Shown here: piece by piece, positions 26,694-33,121 of the stretch
How positions within the stretch are numbered: the first letter of the stretch is position 1
How the letters are laid out: each line of letters begins with the position of its first letter
NCBI GenBank assembly: GCA_017991395.1
Contig: JAGOQQ010000002.1
Coordinates: 1 to 59,924 of the forward strand
Direction: 5' to 3'
Origin: Minisyncoccota bacterium
GTDB taxonomy: Bacteria > Patescibacteriota > Minisyncoccia > Phycocordibacterales > UBA9973
DNA: 59,924 bases
Translations under genes and position numbers: made by a program
Notes under the pieces: model-generated
What the model was told of the DNA's origin: nothing
The model's database searches: none
What the model saw: the letters and a program-made list of their open reading frames with translations, nothing else

Positions 26694-28049
26694 TTATGAT
26701 TCCTTTTTTACAATATCTTGTGTGCCACGTCGCAGACTCCATTCATCTTCTGAGTAGTCGCAATGAAGACTATATTTTTCACCAAGGGCTTGTGCAAGAT
26801 GATGTTCAATGTTTCGTCCCATTTGTTTCGCCACTATTCTCAGGGTTGGATGAACTGTTTGTTTTGTGCGTAATTCGCATGCATATATTGCAGCTGATAT
26901 CGGACCACGAACTTCACATGGGGTTCTGTATCCCATAGGAATATAATATTGACGATCTTCATTTGAACATTCAAGATTGTTGACTCTAGTTTCCATTTCA
27001 GAAATAAATCTTTCAGCATATTTTCTAGTTTCAGTGTCTCTAATTTGATTAAGATACCATTTTTCAAATCCAAAATTTGTGCTTAGTAACGGCATTGCAG
27101 TAGTCACCGCACGCTGTCTTTGCCAGTCCCTAAATGATCCAAAGTCTAGAAGAAATTTGAATGTTACATCACCACACAATCTTGCCTGTTTAGGAAGCTC
27201 TGAATTTTCAGGTCTCAGTAGAAACAATGATTTGTATTTTTTGATAAAATCAGTATCTATTGATATTGTCGCAGAAAGCTCATCATGCCCGTCATTGAAA
27301 AGCATGTCATCATTGAATGATACAATGGGTATTACTTTTTCCAAATACTCTTCATCTTTATCATACCGTTTGTGTCCAAAGCTACTCGGATACTTTTCTT
27401 TGAGCGTCGCGGTAATTTTTTCTGCAACTTCCCGAATTTCTCTAAGTGGATGATAACGCATTTCTTTTAAATGATCTGCTGCTTGGCGAAGATTTGTGTG
27501 CCAACTCACATATGTCGTCACACCCGCTGGTAGGAATCCACGTGCAATATCAAAAGCTTTTGCTTTGATTGTTTTGTTGTAGATTTTCTCATCCTCAGAA
27601 TCGTATCTTGGATATTCTTCAGGTAGTTGTCGGATTAGGGTTTCAAGTAAGTCACTATAAAATTTCATTTGATCAACAAGGATATTCTTTCCCTCGTCTG
27701 TGTCCAATATATTTATCACGGGCTGTGCTCCCATGTCTAAATATCGCGTGCTTGCTTCTTGCCCTGAATACAGTGGCCAATCCTGGATTGCTTTTGCGGT
27801 GAACATACTTACGTTTTCAACGCATAGAGTAATCGTGCCGCAATCACCGATTGACTTATGTCCATACCCAACATAGTAACTTGACATAAACTTCTCAGCT
27901 CCGCCTTCTTTAATGTTCTGTATATGTATTAGTACAGAGCGCGGATCTCTTGAATAGAGTGCTTGTAGCATCGCTACCACCTCAGGTGAAAAATCATCTA
28001 AGCAGATGATTTCCATAGGCGAATTCGGAATAATTGATTTCTTGTTCAT
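26694..28049 (-). CDS. Tandem-duplicated (pseudo-dimeric) ThyX-like flavin-dependent thymidylate synthase homolog
   Basis: The first half has GHKSIGDCG...QDWPLYSGQEASTRY, where the S..QE.S.RY part is kept but RHR is replaced by QDW. The second half has FGSFRDWQRQR, an RHR-like RQR. 451 aa, about twice the canonical ThyX length. Confidence 0.75.
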   Translation of the reverse strand: MNKKSIIPNSPMEIICLDDFSPEVVAMLQALYSRDPRSVLIHIQNIKEGGAEKFMSSYYVGYGHKSIGDCGTITLCVENVSMFTAKAIQDWPLYSGQEASTRYLDMGAQPVINILDTDEGKNILVDQMKFYSDLLETLIRQLPEEYPRYDSEDEKIYNKTIKAKAFDIARGFLPAGVTTYVSWHTNLRQAADHLKEMRYHPLREIREVAEKITATLKEKYPSSFGHKRYDKDEEYLEKVIPIVSFNDDMLFNDGHDELSATISIDTDFIKKYKSLFLLRPENSELPKQARLCGDVTFKFLLDFGSFRDWQRQRAVTTAMPLLSTNFGFEKWYLNQIRDTETRKYAERFISEMETRVNNLECSNEDRQYYIPMGYRTPCEVRGPISAAIYACELRTKQTVHPTLRIVAKQMGRNIEHHLAQALGEKYSLHCDYSEDEWSLRRGTQDIVKKES

Positions 28050-28066
28050 TTTTTTAAGAATTTAAG

Positions 28067-28104
28067 TTTGAGCTAATACTACGTATTTTCAGGTATTAGT
28101 CAAA
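28067..28104. promoter_or_regulatory. Inverted repeat (candidate operator) in the divergent thyX-like/DUF1599 promoter region
   Basis: TTTGA(G)CTAATAC, 13 nt, GTATTAGTCAAA. A TTGCGT-17 nt-TACTAT promoter-like element lies just downstream. Confidence 0.4.
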
Positions 28105-28154
28105 CTTTGCGTTATGTCGCAAAATTGGGTACTATGAGGAAAAATCGTTAGAAA

Positions 28155-28718
28155 ATGGGAAATAAAAAATTTACTACAGAAGAGTACTTTGACGAAATAT
28201 CACAAAAGATACTTGAAATTATTGAAAGCAAAAAAGCTGATTATGGATTGAGCATTCTCGTGTATCGTCCAGGTGCAATTACAACAAGAATTTACACAAA
28301 AATATTGCGTGTACAATCAATTCAAGAAGTTGGAGGTCAGAAAGTAGATGAACCAATTGAAGACACACTCCAAGAGTCACTGGGATATATACTTTTTCGA
28401 ATTGAAAGATGCTTCGAAAAAAAGCCAAAGTCTATAGAAGTTGAAAAACTTAAAAGTTACATTTCTAAAGTCAGAGATACCATGATTAGGAAAAATCATG
28501 ATTATGGTGAGGCATGGCGAGAAATGCGTATTTCTGATATTACTGACGAGATTCTTTCAAAGCTGGTGAGGATTCGAAAAATGGAAGATGATATCAAAAA
28601 AGATTCTTCAAAAACAGAAGATTTGTCACCTAAGATTATTGACGCGATTATAGATACATACAATTATGTTGTGTTTGCGCTAGTACATTTTAAAGAGAAA
28701 GTTAATCCTATGTTGTAG
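28155..28718 (+). CDS. DUF1599-like (nucleotide-modification-associated domain 1) protein, two internal repeats
   Basis: KADYGLS...RIYTKILRVQSI and KNHDYGEAWREMRISDITDEILSKLVRIRKME ... DTYNYVVFALV match my recollection of the DUF1599 pattern K..DYG.aw...DiL.Kl.Ri...NY..fal. Confidence 0.65.
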   Translation: MGNKKFTTEEYFDEISQKILEIIESKKADYGLSILVYRPGAITTRIYTKILRVQSIQEVGGQKVDEPIEDTLQESLGYILFRIERCFEKKPKSIEVEKLKSYISKVRDTMIRKNHDYGEAWREMRISDITDEILSKLVRIRKMEDDIKKDSSKTEDLSPKIIDAIIDTYNYVVFALVHFKEKVNPML

Positions 28719-28774
28719 TGCAGATACAAAGTTCCGAGTTTTCGGGACTTTTCTTTTTCTGTTAGAATAGCGGT

Positions 28775-29200
28775 ATGAACCTCAACTTCAAAAAACTTCA
28801 CCCTGATGCCAAGGTGCCCATGTATGCGCATTCTCATGATGCGGGTTTTGATATGTATGCGACAGAGGATGTGCATTTTGAGGCTGGTGCAAAAATGCGC
28901 GTACCGACAGGAATTGCGCTTGAGATACCTGATGGGTATGTCGGACTAGTGTGGGACAAATCATCCATTTCTTTTAATCATGGACTGAAAACCATGGGTG
29001 GCGTGATTGACGCTGGATATCGTGGAGAAATTATTATTGGACTTTATAATTTTTCAATTACTCCGTACACAATTAAAAAAGGAGAGAAAGTGGCGCAAAT
29101 ACTTATTCAGAAAATCGAACATGTAACTTTTTCAGAAGTCGAAGAACTCTCAGATACAACTCGTGGAGAAAGTGGGTGGGGGAGTACAGGTAAGGAATAG
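28775..29200 (+). CDS. dut: dUTP diphosphatase (trimeric dUTPase)
   Basis: AGFDMYA, GVIDAGYRGEI, and C-terminal RGESGWGSTG motifs. Confidence 0.95.
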   Translation: MNLNFKKLHPDAKVPMYAHSHDAGFDMYATEDVHFEAGAKMRVPTGIALEIPDGYVGLVWDKSSISFNHGLKTMGGVIDAGYRGEIIIGLYNFSITPYTIKKGEKVAQILIQKIEHVTFSEVEELSDTTRGESGWGSTGKE

Positions 29201-29202
29201 TG

Positions 29203-29231
29203 TTGACTATTGTGCCAGGAGAGAGTATTGT
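29203..29231 (+). promoter_or_regulatory. Sigma-70-like promoter
   Basis: TTGACT, 17-nt spacer, TATTGT. Lies 18 nt upstream of the ATG at 29249. Confidence 0.5.
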
Positions 29232-29248
29232 GCAATCAAAACAGAACA

Positions 29249-29722
29249 ATGGAAAAGAATCTCGTAGTGACTGATACAACAAATGAGAGAACGTTGATTG
29301 TTGAAAGCTTGAATAAATATCTTTCTGAGTATTACAACAAACACAAAACGAATATTCTTTTTCCTAATAACAGGAAGGAAGAAGCCGCGGATGTGCTCAT
29401 TGATATAGCCAACTTTAACAGAGTTTCAGTAAAAGTGATTATTTCAAGGAAAAGAGACACGGAATCATGTCATGTAAGGTCAATACTATACCTTGAGCTT
29501 ATACGACTTAGATATGGCAAAAACCAGATTGGAGCATTGGTTAATCGTAACCACGCGACGGTTTTGCATGGACTGAAAAAACATTCTTTGTTTATTGAAA
29601 CAAAAGATAAGGAATATCAGGACTACATTTGGAAGTATAGAGAGTATTTACGACAAAAGGGAATTAAAAGAGTACTCATTGTTGATAAGCCGTCAGAAAA
29701 AGAATTATTGTTTTTTGTATGA
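29249..29722 (+). CDS. Stand-alone DnaA-domain-IV-like (Bac_DnaA_C) helix-turn-helix protein
   Basis: ISRKRDTESCHVRSILYLELIRLRYGKNQIGALVNRNHATVLHGLKKH parallels the DnaA C-terminal pattern R....aR.iaMYL...IG..f.rdHtTVlha..ki. The start was chosen after the promoter. Confidence 0.6.
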   Translation: MEKNLVVTDTTNERTLIVESLNKYLSEYYNKHKTNILFPNNRKEEAADVLIDIANFNRVSVKVIISRKRDTESCHVRSILYLELIRLRYGKNQIGALVNRNHATVLHGLKKHSLFIETKDKEYQDYIWKYREYLRQKGIKRVLIVDKPSEKELLFFV

Positions 29723-29786
29723 AAATAAGCCTCGAATTTTCGAGGCTTTTGACTTTTGTGTGAATTATTTATAAAGTTATCAGAAA

Positions 29787-30164
29787 ATGCTCTACAAAGA
29801 AAATCTAACCACCATCCTTATGTCGCGAGCCGAAAGATTTAATGACAGAGTAGCTCGTTATGATAATACTCTTGATGAAGACGATGTTGAGTTTGTGATC
29901 TGGATTGCACATGAAGCAGCTATTCATTTCAAAGTTGACATACTTGAGATTTTTACGAGTTGCAGAAATAACAAAAATAGAAGTTTAGAGTTGGCTCGCA
30001 GAACACTCCGTGAAATATTACTGAAGAAAGAATATGAAGATGCGCAAGTTAGGGCGTTGATTAAAACAAGCATTGATTATCATTTAGACCTAGAAAAGTT
30101 ATCATTGCAAGATAATCATCCAAAGTTTGAACTATATCGAGTATTTAAAGAACGATTTATTTAA
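29787..30164 (+). CDS. Second, more divergent DnaA-domain-IV-like small protein
   Basis: FKVDILEIFTSCRNNKNRSLELARRTLREILLKK resembles the first two helices of the DnaA_C fold. ORF of 125 aa. Confidence 0.45.
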   Translation: MLYKENLTTILMSRAERFNDRVARYDNTLDEDDVEFVIWIAHEAAIHFKVDILEIFTSCRNNKNRSLELARRTLREILLKKEYEDAQVRALIKTSIDYHLDLEKLSLQDNHPKFELYRVFKERFI

Positions 30165-30214
30165 CCCGAAATATATAATAGTATGGCGGGTTTTTTTATT
30201 ACCTATTTTTTGCT

Positions 30215-31939
30215 ATGATGGGCGAAGTGATGAAAGATACTCTAGTGGGCGCAATCAAAGACGTACTTGGGGAGCTTGGGATAGAAAATCCGAAGGTGGT
30301 ATTGTCGTACCCGGAAGATCTTTCGTTTGGTGAATTTACCACAAATGTGGCGATGGCATATGCAAAAGAACTTGGAAAGAATCCAAAAGAACTCGCTGAA
30401 GAAATCTGTGAAAAATTGTCGGCCCGTTCTATTTCATATATTTCAAAAATAGAAGTCGCGGGTCCCGGCTTCATCAACTTCTCACTTTCTCGTGAATATT
30501 ATTCAAATATACTCAAAGAAATAATAGAAAAAGGAAATGAGTTTGGTCAAAGCACAGAGCTTTCTGGAAAGAAGGTGATGATTGAATACACTCAGCCTAA
30601 TCCATTTAAACCATTTCATATTGGGCATTTGATGTCGAATGCGATTGGTGAATCAATTTCAAGAATTATTGAATCTCAAGGTGCACAAGTAATCCGCGCA
30701 AACTATCAAGGCGATATTGGTCCGCATGTGGCCAAAGCTATTTATGGAATTATTAAAAAAGGGAAACCAGATGCGACCATTCCGCTTTTTGAACAAGCGC
30801 AAATAATAGGCGAGTATTATGCGTGGGGAAATAATGAGTACGAGACAAACGAAGACGCGAAGACCGAAATTGATCGAATCAACAAAGCTATCTATGAAAA
30901 AAGTGATGAATCAGTAAACGAGCTCTATGTGTGGGGAAGAGAAGTGACACTCAAGGCATTTGAGATATTGTATACATTGCTTGGAACAAGGTTTGACTAT
31001 TATTTTTTTGAAAGTGATACGGCCGTCTCCGGAAAGAAAATAGTTGAAGAAGGATTGAAAAATGGTGTGTTTGAAAATAGTGATGGAGCAGTGGTTTTTC
31101 ATGGAGAGAAATACGACCCAACACTTCACACCAGAGTCTTTGTTAATTCTCAAGGCCTGCCAACATATGAGGCAAAAGAACTTGGACTCACCAAGAAAAA
31201 ATTTGATGTAGAAAATCCTGACCTTTCTATTGTGACGACTGCGGTGGAACAAAAGGAATATATGCGTGTTGTGCTCAAGGCTGTTGAAATACTTTATCCA
31301 GAATATTCTGGGAAAATAATGCACATCAATCACGGAATGATGCGTTTTGCGACTGGAAAAATGTCTTCTCGAAAAGGCAACGTGATCACTGGTGAATCAT
31401 TGGTAGGTGATGCTGTGTCTGTAGTGAGTGAAATAATGAAAGAGCGAGATATGTCAGAAGAGGAGAGAAAAACAATTTCAGAAATTGTAGCAGTTTCGGC
31501 AATCAAATTTTCAATTCTTCGCCAGGCGACCGGAGGTGATATTGTATTTGATTTTGAAAACTCGATTTCATTTGAGGGAGATTCAGGACCATATTTACTC
31601 TATAGTGTCACACGTGCAAAATCCGCAATCGCCAAAGCTCTTGAAGCAGGAATTGAAGAATCTGTACAAAACCCAGTTTCAAAACTCACACCACTCGAAC
31701 AACTTCTCGGACGATTTCCGTCTGTTGTTTCTCGAGCACACGAAGAATTCGCACCACACCATATCGTCACATATCTACTTGCTCTTTCTGGTGCATTCAA
31801 TGCATTTTATGCTCACAACCCAATCGCACAAAAAGAAAATCTTGATTCGCCATACAACCTGATGATCACAAAATCGTTTGTGGAGATTATGAAAAATGGT
31901 CTCACACTACTTGGGATACGAACACCAGAAAAGATGTAA
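30215..31939 (+). CDS. argS: Arginine--tRNA ligase
   Basis: IEYTQPNPFKPFHIGHL (HIGH region), MSSRKG (KMSK-like), and the C-terminal DALR anticodon-binding domain. ORF of 574 aa. Confidence 0.95.
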   Translation: MMGEVMKDTLVGAIKDVLGELGIENPKVVLSYPEDLSFGEFTTNVAMAYAKELGKNPKELAEEICEKLSARSISYISKIEVAGPGFINFSLSREYYSNILKEIIEKGNEFGQSTELSGKKVMIEYTQPNPFKPFHIGHLMSNAIGESISRIIESQGAQVIRANYQGDIGPHVAKAIYGIIKKGKPDATIPLFEQAQIIGEYYAWGNNEYETNEDAKTEIDRINKAIYEKSDESVNELYVWGREVTLKAFEILYTLLGTRFDYYFFESDTAVSGKKIVEEGLKNGVFENSDGAVVFHGEKYDPTLHTRVFVNSQGLPTYEAKELGLTKKKFDVENPDLSIVTTAVEQKEYMRVVLKAVEILYPEYSGKIMHINHGMMRFATGKMSSRKGNVITGESLVGDAVSVVSEIMKERDMSEEERKTISEIVAVSAIKFSILRQATGGDIVFDFENSISFEGDSGPYLLYSVTRAKSAIAKALEAGIEESVQNPVSKLTPLEQLLGRFPSVVSRAHEEFAPHHIVTYLLALSGAFNAFYAHNPIAQKENLDSPYNLMITKSFVEIMKNGLTLLGIRTPEKM

Positions 31940-31950
31940 AAACGTAAACA

Positions 31951-31984
31951 AAATAGAGCGAGCCACAGGCTCGCTCTTTTTTGT
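31951..31984 (+). terminator. Intrinsic terminator after argS
   Basis: aaaatagagcgagcc-aca-ggctcgctc followed by tttttt. Confidence 0.85.
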
Positions 31985-32033
31985 TTTTGACAACACAGCA
32001 AGGATTATATACTATGAACAAAAAATAGAACAA

Positions 32034-32705
32034 ATGGGAAACTTAAGCATAGTACTTAGAAATCAAAATTTATTTAATATTGAAAATCAGACTCAGGATG
32101 AAATAGTTAAAATACTGACACTGGTTGCTCTTGTCTGGGTTTGTTTTTTCATTGTAACAATAATTAAAAAATTTATTGATTCTAAAAAAAGACCGTATCA
32201 TGAATGGTGGGTTAGAGTGTATCTAGATGAGATTAAGAAAATTAAACTTAATAATTCTGAAATCGATGGAAAATTGAGAAAAATTAGAAATTATTCTTCT
32301 CGCCAGATAAAACATGAGATGCATCTTTTTTCAATCCACGTGAGGAAAAGATCAGAAAAAGATACACAGAAAATGTTCAATAAGTATTTCTTTGAGATAA
32401 TCGGTGAGTCTTTAGTGTGTATTGAAAATAGTGTAAATGCGAATAGAAATTTGAAGGTATATTTTGATACGAGTACTGTCGATAATTATTTGGAGCAAAT
32501 ATCAAACACTGTTCGGTGTTACTCACCAAGAGTGTTGAGATGTCATCAAGGTTGTTATTGTGAATGTTATGAATCGCTGAAGAAAAATTTTGTTGCACTG
32601 ATGGACTCTCTTGAAAAATCAAAGTTAGAATTTACAAAAGCACGAGTCAGTGAATTGATAGGAGTGTTTGAGTCATGTATATATGATTTTAAACATCAGC
32701 ATTGA
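32034..32705 (+). CDS. Hypothetical membrane protein with a Cys-rich C-terminal region
   Basis: The ATG at 32034 lies downstream of the argS terminator. TM segment ILTLVALVWVCFFIVTII. A CHQGCYCECYES cluster is present. TGA stop followed by a terminator. Confidence 0.6.
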   Translation: MGNLSIVLRNQNLFNIENQTQDEIVKILTLVALVWVCFFIVTIIKKFIDSKKRPYHEWWVRVYLDEIKKIKLNNSEIDGKLRKIRNYSSRQIKHEMHLFSIHVRKRSEKDTQKMFNKYFFEIIGESLVCIENSVNANRNLKVYFDTSTVDNYLEQISNTVRCYSPRVLRCHQGCYCECYESLKKNFVALMDSLEKSKLEFTKARVSELIGVFESCIYDFKHQH

Positions 32706-32711
32706 AAATGT

Positions 32712-32736
32712 AACCCGGCGTTTGCCGGGTTTTTTA
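32712..32736 (+). terminator. Intrinsic terminator
   Basis: aacccggc-gttt-gccgggtt followed by ttttt. Confidence 0.85.
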
Positions 32737-32779
32737 ATTTGCGTATTTTGCCATTTTTGACTATGATGAATATACACGC

Positions 32780-33105
32780 ATCGATGAGACTAATCACCTC
32801 GGAGCACTAGAGAGAAATCCACAAGGGTGGACGTAGAATCTAGCGGGTACGCCCGTCATAGCAGTAATGAGAATCTATAAGTTTATCTTTTCGCATGGTG
32901 TCATTCCGGACGCAGTGTACTCACGGAGGTCCGGAATCTAGGTGCATAGATCCTGAAACAAGTTCAGGATGACACGATGCAAATTTCTTATAGCTAAAAC
33001 AAGGTGGTACCACGAGAACCCTAAAGCACCAAAAATGGTGATCGGGTAGAAGACTCGTCCTTGTATGACATTTTTTGTTATACAGCGACGAGTTTTTTAT
33101 TTTAC
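32780..33105 (+). promoter_or_regulatory. T-box riboswitch leader of ileS
   Basis: GA/K-turn GATGAGA (32783). AG-bay AGAGA (32809). Distal loop GGGTGGA (32825). T-box core AAGGTGGTACCACGAG (33001-33016), whose UGGU would match an A73 tRNA. Conserved CTCGTCCTT. Terminator ACTCGTC...GACGAGT followed by a T run (33053-33099), which competes with the T-box 3' half. Confidence 0.8.
32893..32980 (+). repeat. ~88-nt composite inverted-repeat element embedded in the T-box leader; includes a full copy of the dispersed hairpin element
   Basis: Outer arms GCATGGTGTCAT / ATGACACGATGC. Inner hairpins TTCCGGAC...GTCCGGAA and ATCCTGAA-acaag-TTCAGGAT. Confidence 0.75.
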
Positions 33106-33121
33106 TAATTATTTATAAATT

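Noticed and set aside
25440-30200. Prophage or integrative element between rplK and argS
   Set aside because: It has no integrase, recombinase, capsid, terminase or tail genes. I did not notice flanking direct repeats, and no tRNA is at the boundary. I treat it as an inserted metabolic or regulatory block of uncertain origin.
29249-30200. Replication origin suggested by DnaA-domain-IV-like genes
   Set aside because: I noticed no cluster of DnaA boxes (TTATCCACA/TGTGGATAA) in a visual scan, only isolated 1-2-mismatch hits elsewhere (about 8950, 22835, 46027). No adjacent dnaA/dnaN or AT-rich unwinding element is present.
31896-32033. Track ORF start at 31896 overlapping the argS 3' end
   Set aside because: The extension would read through the argS stop region and its strong terminator (31951-31984). 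The in-frame ATG at 32034 after the terminator is the plausible start.
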